From the IMG/VR virus record IMGVR_UViG_3300020421_000004: a DNA stretch of 64,000 bases. One strand, 5' to 3'. Shown here piece after piece: positions 28,701 through 37,750 of this stretch (position 1 is its first letter; each line of letters starts with the position of its first letter). Below the pieces are notes generated by a model. That model saw only the letters and a list, made by a program, of their open reading frames with translations, searched no databases and was not told where the DNA came from. The stretch is from an uncultured virus (IMG/VR IMGVR_UViG_3300020421_000004). Taxonomy: Duplodnaviria > Heunggongvirae > Uroviricota > Caudoviricetes. The position numbers and the translations under genes were made by a program.

Positions 28701-30406
28701 TCCAACAAATGGCCGGTGCTTTCGGCTTAGTTAGGCTGGCAGGGCTGAGAGTAACATCAGGTGTTCAACCAAGAAGAGTCTTACCACACTACCCAAAAGG
28801 CAGTCTTGAGCCAAAACACCGTGGCTTTGTTAGAGGGAATTACTCAAAAGGTATGGAACCAGATGAGTACTTTATGACTTCTATTGCAGGAAGAAGGTCA
28901 ACAGTAGAGTCTGCTCAAGGAAATATTGCTAAATCTGGCTACCTAGAGCGTAAAATGATTAAGGCTTTAGAGTCCTGTGTAGTTAATCAACGTAGACAAG
29001 TCGTCAATTTACGTACCAAAAGAGTCATTTCTCCAATAGTAGGCGACGATGGGTTGTCTCCATATCACATTAGAGGTAACACAGCATCTACTAATGAGCG
29101 AGGTTATACTATTACGCTTCAACCGTTCTTCTACGACCATGCTTGTAAACATGGTTTGACTTTAGAAGATGACTGCCTACACTGTGCTAAAGGCTCTGAT
29201 ATTGCTACGTTCGCTAGAAATATAGACAAAATAGTTTCAAATATGACACAAAATGCAGTTCTTAACAAACTCAGAGTCAGAGAGATGGGTAAAACCGACG
29301 TGAAAAACTTAGCAAAGCGACTCAACACATACTATGAAGACAGCCTTTGTCGAATAGGCGAAGCAATAGGGGCTACAGCAGGGGCAGATATTGGTGAACC
29401 GGCTACTCAGGCTGCGCTTAGAACGTTCCATTTCGCTGGGAAAACATCTGTTCAAGGTTCTATTGATAGGTTAAGACAAATTTTGGAATACAGTCCCTCT
29501 AACAATAAGTCGCCTATGACGAAATTGTATATGCAAGAAGGTTCTACAGAAGCAGAAGCAACAAGAGTTCAGGCTTTACTAGCAGAAGTCAAAGGTAAAC
29601 AGATAATCAAATTGATATCCTACGACCTAGAAAAGAAATTATTGTTTGTTAAGTTTGACTTTGAGGCAATGGGAACATACCAAATTTCCCCAGACATTGC
29701 TTTGAATCAAATAAAGACTGCGCTAAGTTCTGGTAGTAGCAGCGGGTTGTTCAAGTTTAACATACTTCAAGGTAGAATAGCACCAGAACAAGCATTCGTC
29801 GTACAAATAATGCCGGTTGGCTATAAAATAGCAGAAGGTAGAGAAAATTACGTCAGTGATGCAGCACTATTGTACGCTAAAGAATTGATTTTTGGTTCAA
29901 ATTTCAATGGTGTTGCAGGTGTTACCAGTATAGAACTGTCACAAAATGAAGAAAGTAGATGGGTACTAACGATGAAATCAGCAGAAAGTAAATTACTCGA
30001 CACAGTTGCAGATACTTTTGCCGGAATGGTGGACCTAAGTATGCTAGAAACTAATAACCATCAGTGGGTAGAAAAGAATTTTGGGTTAGAAGCAGCGATA
30101 GGCAACTTATACGAAGAGTTAGATTTCCAAATGAATTTAACTACTAAGAGTATAGGAGACTATGATAATAGATATATACGTACTATAGTAGATTGTATGG
30201 GAGAATATGGGTATATCAAATCTCTAGCACCTACTGGTTTGGGCGGCAATGACAACCCTAGTATATTGGGTGGAATATCTATACAAGGAATAAAAGAACA
30301 AATTATTGGTGGTGCTGCAATGGGTAATGAAGACCCAATTAGAGGTGTCACTGAATCCATTGTGGTCGGTGCAATGCCTACAATCGGTGACTTCACTCCT
30401 GAGTAG
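25718..30406 (+). CDS. rpo1: DNA-directed RNA polymerase largest subunit, fused A'+A''
   Basis: MDPRMG, CSGHFGH, GKKGRLRNNL, NRAPSLH, NADYDGD, bridge helix SGYLERKM, trigger loop GEPATQAALRTFHFAG. Confidence 0.97.
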   Translation: MEEPEAVGIRSFIWFIKPEDIYSEEVELPSTKEEGATFVGVRDFIDFDLNNGRLKHKWVPRWKTEAIRYLTTHEDAAGLRAASDVYYLVTIKTEEDIVDKSETYPKMIPEGCDGMILEVPIKGKLMKGDPSPDLPISFYTNYKNDRIDLKEAGEIGGVNMEIMSPEEIIKMSVVEVITGEALREDTDQITPVIGGTMDPRMGSLAKDSDCPTCYLPFDPSTNDSTKSCSGHFGHISLPEPIPNILFLGETKRKGDTSKPLLDALNKTCHSCSRVMLPNDLLESLRPRILEEFTLGGKNIASRRRVRAIMSKFFNNVDKTGRNCPHCSAITPKITFYFNSGEFQYDTKREDGVDLLSYRAVRDIFSDIPDGDCYFLGINPVTSRPENMFFEVLPVIPNTSRPIKQRSDGRTDVDDLTKLYGAVVNDANKLLTIKNSGRAVRSGRYARKMLLFSVSRLIDNSNQTIGSGGSKQTFTYGAGVQLESLKGVLNRLEGKKGRLRNNLQSKYVNNVGYSAISPDPNLAIDEVGVPMAMLLGDDGITYPVTVTNENIVRVKQYIQNTIDDVHPKAKRLFNHINEQGGDVLERSSAEHLTHVMDGLKPGMVVKRELMDGDICLFNRAPSLHRQSIMAFRIRIVPTKSLSMNPTVCIPFNADYDGDAMKAHFVQSEAAKQEAIKLMSLTKNIIHSRYGMLTVATDQDQTSGLYLLTYTDKAKANTWNSGTGFGFNAEGLPYVSKQTAIECYSTVFSEIRDGKEGKTYRTMDSLPESDAATPDGPGYTGRALFNHLFTILDAEYVSASFPGDTPLTEVLEDGSVAVKRENGKAIREQVVIRSGKLVSGTLEKSAFGEGGASIAPSFIYHEGYEAGQEKLVEFIELATRLGFAAHKVVGYTMGTADVSAVPVQQDIDRLYSDCAKKILKIDQAFANGQLKQYVENHTPEKAIEALADPLSYIEDQILTFTDTFEKKMLNKIEDYQGSGNAMQIAVRSKARGKPMNIQQMAGAFGLVRLAGLRVTSGVQPRRVLPHYPKGSLEPKHRGFVRGNYSKGMEPDEYFMTSIAGRRSTVESAQGNIAKSGYLERKMIKALESCVVNQRRQVVNLRTKRVISPIVGDDGLSPYHIRGNTASTNERGYTITLQPFFYDHACKHGLTLEDDCLHCAKGSDIATFARNIDKIVSNMTQNAVLNKLRVREMGKTDVKNLAKRLNTYYEDSLCRIGEAIGATAGADIGEPATQAALRTFHFAGKTSVQGSIDRLRQILEYSPSNNKSPMTKLYMQEGSTEAEATRVQALLAEVKGKQIIKLISYDLEKKLLFVKFDFEAMGTYQISPDIALNQIKTALSSGSSSGLFKFNILQGRIAPEQAFVVQIMPVGYKIAEGRENYVSDAALLYAKELIFGSNFNGVAGVTSIELSQNEESRWVLTMKSAESKLLDTVADTFAGMVDLSMLETNNHQWVEKNFGLEAAIGNLYEELDFQMNLTTKSIGDYDNRYIRTIVDCMGEYGYIKSLAPTGLGGNDNPSILGGISIQGIKEQIIGGAAMGNEDPIRGVTESIVVGAMPTIGDFTPE

Positions 30407-30713
30407 ACTGCCAATACTTAGCAGCCGCACGATAGAAAACGTCTTCTGATGCTATTGGACCCAATTCACGGTACATATACCACATATTAGTTTTCAAAGA
30501 TTTTAGAAAATCTTTTTCGTCATCTATTTCGAAGTTCTTTACCAACGCTTTGTAGTAAATTTCTTTTCTATCACGGTAAGTACAAACAAGACAGCCTCTA
30601 GTTGAAGAGTATCTGTAAATACTTTGTCGATCTAAGTCTTTGACGACTTTATAGTGGTTTCCGCAAATACAGCATAACTTCCATGCGATAGCATTTTCAG
30701 CCAAAGTAATCAT
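30393..30713 (-). CDS. hypothetical Cys-motif protein
   Basis: CxxC pairs; coupled to the polB stop. Confidence 0.6.
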   Translation of the reverse strand: MITLAENAIAWKLCCICGNHYKVVKDLDRQSIYRYSSTRGCLVCTYRDRKEIYYKALVKNFEIDDEKDFLKSLKTNMWYMYRELGPIASEDVFYRAAAKYWQSTQE

Positions 30714-33423
30714 CCACCGTAAACTTACGGTCAGGAACACGAAGGTCATCCAACGACATTCCCATACCATACATTATGTGGTCTAATTTACCGACAACAA
30801 ACTTTTCGATAATTAACTCCACATCAATTTCGTAGTCAGATATTTGCTCAAGGTCATGGAAAGAAACATAGCCACCTTCTGGAATCCACGTAGGCCCATC
30901 TTTGACAAAAGTGGTATAAAATGAATCACCTTTGTCAAGTGTGTCGTATTCTTCATTAGCCAAAACTATGTTATGCCAAGCAGCACCACGAGCATCTCCA
31001 GATAAACTAGAATAGCAAGCATCATCGCCATCAGAGTCAACAGAAGTGTTGTCATTAGTAGCACCATCAGAATAATGCCATGACACATTTTTGAGAGCAA
31101 GTTGTATCTTTTCTTCGGTATCTTTGCTACTCGCTACTTGTCGCATGGCTTTTCGATTTGGCAACCATTTACCCAATCTAGCCCTAGATATCAAATCCGT
31201 AGTTTTGACATTACCGTCTCGTATGTTTGCAATATACTCTAGCAAAGACTCCTTAACTTCCTCAGGTGTATGGTCATCCCATAACATATGTAGTGCCTTT
31301 AGTTGAATACCACGTCCTACAGGCGACGTATTTGCGTGCTTGGCCTCCAACCCCTGTATCTTCATTCTGTCCTCTACAGCCTCGTTAGAGATACTAAAAC
31401 CGACCTCTGGCATCCAAACTACCCTTCCACCGTAGCGATTCCGCCTCGGTAAGTAGAATCTATCCATCAGCATCTCACAATCGACAATCATAGCCTTTGA
31501 CTGTAACTTAGTTTGCATCATCTCTGTCAAATGTGTACCAAGTTCCTGTGCCTTTTGTACACACTCTTCGGTTGATAGGTCATCGCCCATCTTTACGAAG
31601 ATAGAATCAGTATGACCATAAATTACAGGATAACCTAGTTTGTTAGACTCAACCATAATAGCGTTCAAAGAATCCCTACCAAACTTAGTGATTGTTCTTG
31701 CAATATCTATATCGCCCCAAGAGTAGCCTTTGAAGGCCATCAAGCCATAAAATGTGGCTCTTAACCGCTTCACAGTCTTCTGTGCATCATCCCACTTCCT
31801 AAACTCGTTAGAGGTCTTACCATGCTCTGCACCGGCTTCATCTCTCTTAGCCTTGTATTCGTCTCTTAACTCATCTAACTCCAACACAGAAGCGGGCAGA
31901 ATACCAATTGGGTTACGTCTAAACCTGCAACCGTCACCAATGATATCATCATCCTGTTCATCTCCTTTTGCTACTTTTGTCTCAAACGAACAATTAGCGG
32001 CAATCATGCACGATGGATACAGACCTGCGAAATCTAGGATTGCTACGTTCTTATGCAAACCAACAGAGTCTAAATCTTCCGGGTCTAAAACAATAGCACC
32101 TTGCAATGCCATGTCATCTGTTCCCTTACCAGTCTTCGCCGCATAATAACCGCTTCTTTGTTTGAAACTAGCCTTTCGCATGAAATACACTCTAGCGTAA
32201 GACGAACCATAGAAGGTACTACTGATTTGACATTTAGCCAATTGTTGTAATGCCATCTGTCCATTAACTAGGTTATACTTATCTTCTATCTCTACCATTA
32301 GTAATACATCTCTAAAGTTATAGTATAGATAGTCCTCTAGGAATAGGTGATAATCACCATCATAGAAATCTGGTCTGAAATCAGTTTTACCCCTGCCAAA
32401 TAATTTCTGTCCAACTATGTCTAACTTGTTAGATGGAAGGTTCGTTGACTTAGAATCACGATAGACACGCTCGAATAACCTGTCTAAAGATATAACCGTA
32501 CGACCCCTAATAGGTTGTCTTGTCCAGTTGTATCTATCCTTAGTCCACCTCGACGGCTCATCAACATGCCTATTCTTACCTAGTGAAGATGGCGACAGTT
32601 TGTCAGCGCCAATACCTAATGACTCTAACCGCGCATACAATGTAGGTAAGTCATAAAAGCCCATACCCCATGCTAATAATATATCTGGGTCTATTAATTC
32701 TAACCACTTTACAAAGTCTTGCATCATAGTATACTCATTAGCGAAATGGCGTATCTCTACGTCTATACCGTCAAACTTCATCATTTTTACAGGTGTTATT
32801 TGTGAGAAACTATGTAAGTGCTCATGTGCTAATGGATGCTGTGTCCATATCGTGTATATGTTAGTATAGTTATCGTAACAACCTATTACATTGATACTTT
32901 GCCTATCAGCCCATATAGCGCCTTTCTGTCTCATTTCTTTTGGCCCACTACTTTTACGATTGTATTGCAAAGCCTCTAAATCTATAAACACTTTTCTAGG
33001 CTCATATTCAGGTAACTCATTCATGTTATCTATGAGATACCTATCTTCATATGGAACATCCGCTTCGTAAGTACCACTAACCTCTCGTGCAAATTTCTTC
33101 AATCGTGATGGAGAATCAAAAGTAACCTTCCATAGTGGGTCGCCGTTTGCAGCAACTGCATCTGTGACCTTCTCGTGACTATCCACATCGTAGCGGTCTA
33201 CTAGGAAAGCATCCAAAGAATGTCTATCAAGTCTTCTTTCTTTCAGCCCTTTGCTTTTATCTGCTCTGACCTTAGTATGATTTGGATGAACAAATAAGTA
33301 CGGCTTAAAATCGGTAACTACCTTTTCTTTACGCATCCACTGTCCTAATTCGTTCTGTTCTCTCCAACGTAGGTTAAGTTCATTTGATGGCCAACCGTCG
33401 TTAATTCCTGTACTAATAATCAT
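30697..33423 (-). CDS. polB: family B DNA polymerase
   Basis: Exonuclease DLE / YDL / YNFRD; DFAGLYPS; KRLRATFYG; YGHTDS. Confidence 0.96.
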   Translation of the reverse strand: MIISTGINDGWPSNELNLRWREQNELGQWMRKEKVVTDFKPYLFVHPNHTKVRADKSKGLKERRLDRHSLDAFLVDRYDVDSHEKVTDAVAANGDPLWKVTFDSPSRLKKFAREVSGTYEADVPYEDRYLIDNMNELPEYEPRKVFIDLEALQYNRKSSGPKEMRQKGAIWADRQSINVIGCYDNYTNIYTIWTQHPLAHEHLHSFSQITPVKMMKFDGIDVEIRHFANEYTMMQDFVKWLELIDPDILLAWGMGFYDLPTLYARLESLGIGADKLSPSSLGKNRHVDEPSRWTKDRYNWTRQPIRGRTVISLDRLFERVYRDSKSTNLPSNKLDIVGQKLFGRGKTDFRPDFYDGDYHLFLEDYLYYNFRDVLLMVEIEDKYNLVNGQMALQQLAKCQISSTFYGSSYARVYFMRKASFKQRSGYYAAKTGKGTDDMALQGAIVLDPEDLDSVGLHKNVAILDFAGLYPSCMIAANCSFETKVAKGDEQDDDIIGDGCRFRRNPIGILPASVLELDELRDEYKAKRDEAGAEHGKTSNEFRKWDDAQKTVKRLRATFYGLMAFKGYSWGDIDIARTITKFGRDSLNAIMVESNKLGYPVIYGHTDSIFVKMGDDLSTEECVQKAQELGTHLTEMMQTKLQSKAMIVDCEMLMDRFYLPRRNRYGGRVVWMPEVGFSISNEAVEDRMKIQGLEAKHANTSPVGRGIQLKALHMLWDDHTPEEVKESLLEYIANIRDGNVKTTDLISRARLGKWLPNRKAMRQVASSKDTEEKIQLALKNVSWHYSDGATNDNTSVDSDGDDACYSSLSGDARGAAWHNIVLANEEYDTLDKGDSFYTTFVKDGPTWIPEGGYVSFHDLEQISDYEIDVELIIEKFVVGKLDHIMYGMGMSLDDLRVPDRKFTVDDYFG

Positions 33424-33872
33424 TTTAATGCACCTACTATGTCGAACCTAGAGCATTGTGAAAAACAATATATCACTGATTGCTCTGGATTGAATCTGAA
33501 ATGATTGGAATCGGAATCCTTGCCTCTTTTAGCACAAGAAGGACAGCGACCAGTATAATATCCGCTACCATCTGGCCCACGAATATTCTCTATTCTCTCT
33601 AAAACCAAACCAACAGTCAGTCCATCAGTCTCTTTGTCCCATTCGTAATCTATAGTTTTCTGACGATATACCTCTGTTTCTGGCTGTGTTCCTAGTTCAG
33701 AGGCTCTTAGGAGGTTCTTGAAGGCTAGGATGGCTCCAGACGTCCTAAAATAGACAAAACCGTCACGAACGTCTTGATTCACTAGTGCGTGTTCCTTTGA
33801 TGCCGTGACTTTTGTATTACGCAGCAATTTAAGGTAGTCTGCAACTACCATTTTCGGCACTTTCATCGTCAT
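33420..33872 (-). CDS. zinc-ribbon protein (primase Zn-domain-like)
   Basis: RCPSC...DSDSNHF...YCFSQC; coupled to polB. Confidence 0.6.
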   Translation of the reverse strand: MTMKVPKMVVADYLKLLRNTKVTASKEHALVNQDVRDGFVYFRTSGAILAFKNLLRASELGTQPETEVYRQKTIDYEWDKETDGLTVGLVLERIENIRGPDGSGYYTGRCPSCAKRGKDSDSNHFRFNPEQSVIYCFSQCSRFDIVGALK

Positions 33873-33893
33873 GGATTACTTACCAAAGCCAGT

Positions 33894-33923
33894 CGGTTTA
33901 TAATGATAACCTAGTTTGAGTTA
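33894..33923. repeat. 30-bp direct repeat, copy 1
   Basis: CGGTTTATAATGATAACCTAGTTTGAGTTA, identical at 35029-35058. Confidence 0.9.
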
Positions 33924-35005
33924 ATAGTTTTCTTGAAAACCATTACTATTTCGTTAGTATTCAAATCATCTTTTGCACTTGGTCTAGTTGTGTTTTTCAA
34001 AAGAATCGAATCAATGCGTTCGAATCCGTTCGCTTTGGCGATGCGTTGCGTATCTTGGACTAATTCGTACTCTGAAAAGTTTTTTACATTGATTAAAAAT
34101 AACCCGTCAGGTACCAAATACTTGTGAATATTTTGTATTGTCCGTGTCAAATAGCCCGCTAACCACTGTTCGTAAGTAGTACCTTCTGTATATGACTGGT
34201 TTCCTATTTTGTAATCTTCTAGCGAAAAATACGGTGGGCTACTAAATGCAACACCAATGGTGTTTTCCCATTCGACATGGAAAACCTCTGAACCACTACA
34301 CTTGATATTTACCTTATTTTTAGTACCATTAACGTTATTGTAGGATTCATGCAGTGAATTAAGCCTATCAACTAACATATAATTTGGATCTGTTCCGAAA
34401 TATTCTACATTATTTTTCATAGCAGAAAGCATTCTGACTCCCCAACCACAAGAAAAATCGTAGTATTTGCCATTAACATTGTATTGTTCTAGTATTTGGT
34501 CAATACTTTTCATAGGAAAATTAGATGGTTTCATTGCAACGCCACCACCCGACAGTCGAAGCGCAGTCTCAAAATTATTGATGTCAGTTTTATGAGGTGG
34601 ATATACCTTTTCGCTACTCATTACTCTACTCCAAAAGTACCTAATCAAGTCGTTGCTTTCAAATATCTCTTCTATCGACCATCGTGGAGACAGCAACTTA
34701 ACTTTAGCCATCAAGTCTTTGACAAAATAATTGGTAATATGTGCAACCTGTGTACCACCATCAGCAATCTTTTTTAGATTACGAACAACTAGTTCACTAC
34801 TGGGTTTTGTATAATATGCTTTTTTCAAAGCAAGACACTCAGCATCAGTTAACGGATACCAATGATTAGTCCTAAGAGTTTTGTTTTTGTGAGTAATAGT
34901 GTATTTTTTACCCTTTTTTACAGTCTTTTCTTCTGTTTCTAACGAATCTACAATACGGTCAAGAGCAATAGCGATTCTTTTCTGCTGCTCAGTAACCATT
35001 GTCAT
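33911..35005 (-). CDS. amino (N4-C/N6-A) DNA methyltransferase
   Basis: YDFSCGWG SAM-binding motif and FSSPPY catalytic motif. Confidence 0.9.
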   Translation of the reverse strand: MTMVTEQQKRIAIALDRIVDSLETEEKTVKKGKKYTITHKNKTLRTNHWYPLTDAECLALKKAYYTKPSSELVVRNLKKIADGGTQVAHITNYFVKDLMAKVKLLSPRWSIEEIFESNDLIRYFWSRVMSSEKVYPPHKTDINNFETALRLSGGGVAMKPSNFPMKSIDQILEQYNVNGKYYDFSCGWGVRMLSAMKNNVEYFGTDPNYMLVDRLNSLHESYNNVNGTKNKVNIKCSGSEVFHVEWENTIGVAFSSPPYFSLEDYKIGNQSYTEGTTYEQWLAGYLTRTIQNIHKYLVPDGLFLINVKNFSEYELVQDTQRIAKANGFERIDSILLKNTTRPSAKDDLNTNEIVMVFKKTINSN

Positions 35006-35028
35006 CCCGACTTAATCAGAAGTTACTG

Positions 35029-35058
35029 CGGTTTATAATGATAACCTAGTTTGAGTTA
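35029..35058. repeat. 30-bp direct repeat, copy 2
   Basis: Identical to 33894-33923. Confidence 0.9.
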
Positions 35059-35059
35059 T

Positions 35060-35320
35060 TTATTCTTCTTCCTCTGGCCAAAAGTATCGGTTGACATCCC
35101 CCATTCTAATGGCCGAAAAACCAGATCTTTTTAGCCAATAAGCAAATGTTCGTGGAGATTTGCGCCATTGTTCGTTACGTCTGTCTTTATGTGTTCTCCC
35201 TAGCAAGTAGTGATAACCAGATTCTGCAGTTAAACCATCATGTAGGTATGGATGTTGTAGTAATATACTGAGAATATGATGGTCGCGCTCACTCTGAGCC
35301 TGCACCATCTTCCTCACCAA
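35060..35320 (-). CDS. hypothetical protein
   Basis: ORF in gene-dense run. Confidence 0.55.
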   Translation of the reverse strand: MVRKMVQAQSERDHHILSILLQHPYLHDGLTAESGYHYLLGRTHKDRRNEQWRKSPRTFAYWLKRSGFSAIRMGDVNRYFWPEEEE

Positions 35321-35798
35321 TTACTGCATCTGCAACTGCTTCTGCTGCATCTACTGTTGTTTCTACTGCATCTTCTGCCACTTCTGCTGTTTTACCAACT
35401 ACTGCCTTTCCAGCATTAGCCACAGCAGTCCCTGCCGATACTGTGGTACTTACGCTTTTATCAACAACTGCTGCTGCTACTCTTGCTGGTGCTTTAATCA
35501 TGTCTTTTAGCAAAGAACCCTTACCAATTGATTCATCGCTGCTAGCATCTTGTAGTGATTCTGGTACTCCTTTGTTAAGAATTTCTAACAAAATAATCCA
35601 TGCTTGTGCTCTAGATACTTCTGGAAATCCTCCATCCTTTAGTATCTGTGCTGGTATTGCAAGAAGTTTATCGTGGCTTCTTTTACCAAAATGATTCTGT
35701 ACTTCGGAGACCCATCCTTCTTCGACTAGTACTACATCATCAATCGCTTTTCGGACGAATCCGACTTGTTTTCCATTGTAGGTGAAATATTTACCCAT
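35289..35798 (-). CDS. hypothetical protein with Ala/Val-rich tail
   Basis: TTATATA about 25 nt before ATG. Confidence 0.75.
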   Translation of the reverse strand: MGKYFTYNGKQVGFVRKAIDDVVLVEEGWVSEVQNHFGKRSHDKLLAIPAQILKDGGFPEVSRAQAWIILLEILNKGVPESLQDASSDESIGKGSLLKDMIKAPARVAAAVVDKSVSTTVSAGTAVANAGKAVVGKTAEVAEDAVETTVDAAEAVADAVIGEEDGAGSE

Positions 35799-35828
35799 GA
35801 TACATCGTGGTTTCCACTGATATATAAG

Positions 35829-36134
35829 TCAATCTTTGTTTCCACTGTTTAGTATATTACTGATACGGCCTTTCTTCCTTGACGAATATGCTGATTTTGG
35901 GCTGTAAGTATAACCTAACATTTTGACGGCCTTCTTTTCTGTAAAACTTTCATCGAGTTCTATCGCATATTCTTGTGCTTTAGTTTTTCCGAACATTTCT
36001 TCTAACATATGTGCTGTTATAGGTCGTGTTTTTCTGAACAATTCCCAGATATCATCTGCAATATCATCAGCACCAAAATAATTCACCTCCTCAAACTTTG
36101 TTTCATCAAGAATCTTAATCGATTCAACTCGCAT
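35829..36134 (-). CDS. hypothetical protein
   Basis: ORF. Confidence 0.7.
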   Translation of the reverse strand: MRVESIKILDETKFEEVNYFGADDIADDIWELFRKTRPITAHMLEEMFGKTKAQEYAIELDESFTEKKAVKMLGYTYSPKSAYSSRKKGRISNILNSGNKD

Positions 36135-36150
36135 ACTAAAGTCACGATTG

Positions 36151-36477
36151 TTAGAGATAGCGCCTAGCCCCCTGTTCCTGCATATCTTCTAGGTCAGTAG
36201 TGTGTTTAATTAGTGCTTTTGCTAGTAGCCTCGCCTCTGTAGGCGATAATCGAAGCACCATTGTGTCAAATTCGTTAGTAACTTGCACCAGTATAGTTGC
36301 ACCTGCTTCAACAAGACCTCTACGTTCTTCGCAGAATGCACAAAAGCAATCATCAATGTGTACCTCTACCCCTACTTCAGACCAACATCCTTCGGTATCC
36401 ACCAGTTCTGGTTCAAATAATGTAGGAATACTCGAGACTATATCGTCAGAAGACGGTTCGATGTCCTCTCCTAACAC
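36151..36477 (-). CDS. hypothetical protein
   Basis: ORF with HxxxCxCxxC. Confidence 0.65.
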   Translation of the reverse strand: MLGEDIEPSSDDIVSSIPTLFEPELVDTEGCWSEVGVEVHIDDCFCAFCEERRGLVEAGATILVQVTNEFDTMVLRLSPTEARLLAKALIKHTTDLEDMQEQGARRYL

Positions 36478-36788
36478 AAGTCATCTGAGACTTCACTTGG
36501 TTTATTAGACATTCTAATCATGTGTGGTAAAGGTAATACGATCTCTAAATCTTGTACCAATCCTGAGCGAATATAAACGCCAGACTCTTTATTACCTTCT
36601 TCTACTAATAATACGAAGTAAGTATTATCCTTATATTGTATATCTGATATAGAATAACATGCACCATCATCTATACTAACCTCAGTAAAACCAAAAGTTT
36701 TAACGGATTTTCTGCTTAGAAGATGTTTTACAATGTTATACATTGCATCTAGTTCGGATTCTATCAACTCTCTAGGTGGAGGTTCCAC
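36471..36788 (-). CDS. hypothetical protein
   Basis: ORF. Confidence 0.65.
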   Translation of the reverse strand: MEPPPRELIESELDAMYNIVKHLLSRKSVKTFGFTEVSIDDGACYSISDIQYKDNTYFVLLVEEGNKESGVYIRSGLVQDLEIVLPLPHMIRMSNKPSEVSDDLC

Positions 36789-36826
36789 ATGATGTCGGGG
36801 GATGTCAGTGGTAATTAGTCTTTGCT

Positions 36827-37276
36827 TTAATAGTGAGTGACAAAATATACGTCTTTTTCGCCATCCGAAAGATATTTTTGTACAAGATGCAGTACATCTT
36901 CTTGGACTAAACCGTCTTCATCATAGTATCCTATCGCTGGAAAATAGATTCTATGTTTATCATGCAAGCGATAACTCGCCAAGGTCTGTAAACCGCTTTC
37001 TATCCAGTCTAGTCTATATTTGGTATTGTACAATTTATGCATAGGAAACCACAAAATAGGCTCTTTTGTGTTAGAGTCAGAGAATATTAGTTGGCCTTCT
37101 TTAATACCGTTTTGTTCGACAAAACCTAGTAGATGGCCATATGCGATAAGATCGCTTTTCTTAAACTCGCTAATTGGATAGTTGCTCATATACCTATACT
37201 GCGTGCATACAGGACAAACAATAATACCATCTTCACATAGGTTTATTTTGGTATTCGTGTAAAGTAACACTGACAT
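36827..37276 (-). CDS. divergent macrodomain (Poa1p-like)
   Basis: ILWFP..K...RLDWIESGL...IYFPAIG...GL...V..LV.KYL pattern; Gly loops degenerate. Confidence 0.6.
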   Translation of the reverse strand: MSVLLYTNTKINLCEDGIIVCPVCTQYRYMSNYPISEFKKSDLIAYGHLLGFVEQNGIKEGQLIFSDSNTKEPILWFPMHKLYNTKYRLDWIESGLQTLASYRLHDKHRIYFPAIGYYDEDGLVQEDVLHLVQKYLSDGEKDVYFVTHY

Positions 37277-37309
37277 TTTCGTTCCTCTTAAACATAGTTA
37301 GAGTTAACT

Positions 37310-37654
37310 TTACTCTTCTTCTGCTGGGTCTGCTATGTCGCTGTAAAGAGTGAATATGTGATTTAGCCACCACTTTGACTGACCTAATGACACACCGCCA
37401 TCAGGATATATCTTAAATGGTACATTTTCTGGCACAAATGGCGATTCTATCTTAGTATCGTTAAGTTTTACCCACATTGCTCTATGGAAATCATGTCCAG
37501 GTGGCAGTGTAATTTGCTGAGATTTGGCCCATTGGACATAGTTATCTATACTACGTTCGTGACTTTCTTTAACCATCATACCGGCAGTATTACCTTCTGG
37601 ATTTTTCACTTCATAGAAGCATAGTATATCACCCGCTTTTAGTTGTTCACTCAT
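37310..37654 (-). CDS. hypothetical protein
   Basis: ORF. Confidence 0.65.
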   Translation of the reverse strand: MSEQLKAGDILCFYEVKNPEGNTAGMMVKESHERSIDNYVQWAKSQQITLPPGHDFHRAMWVKLNDTKIESPFVPENVPFKIYPDGGVSLGQSKWWLNHIFTLYSDIADPAEEE

Positions 37655-37750
37655 CTATTTCATCTCCAGTATATGCTGCACTTCCCGCAGCGTTGTTATC
37701 TAATGCTATCATACTGTTTGTCGTTTGTTGTCCTTCTATAAATGTTGTAT

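Noticed and set aside
25718..30406. Cellular chromosome or eukaryotic giant virus origin
   Set aside because: No rpoB or ribosomal neighbours; Rpo5 is the short archaeal form; SD/TATA signals and tail-fibre genes are present. Capsid and terminase are not in the window, so this is not formally excluded
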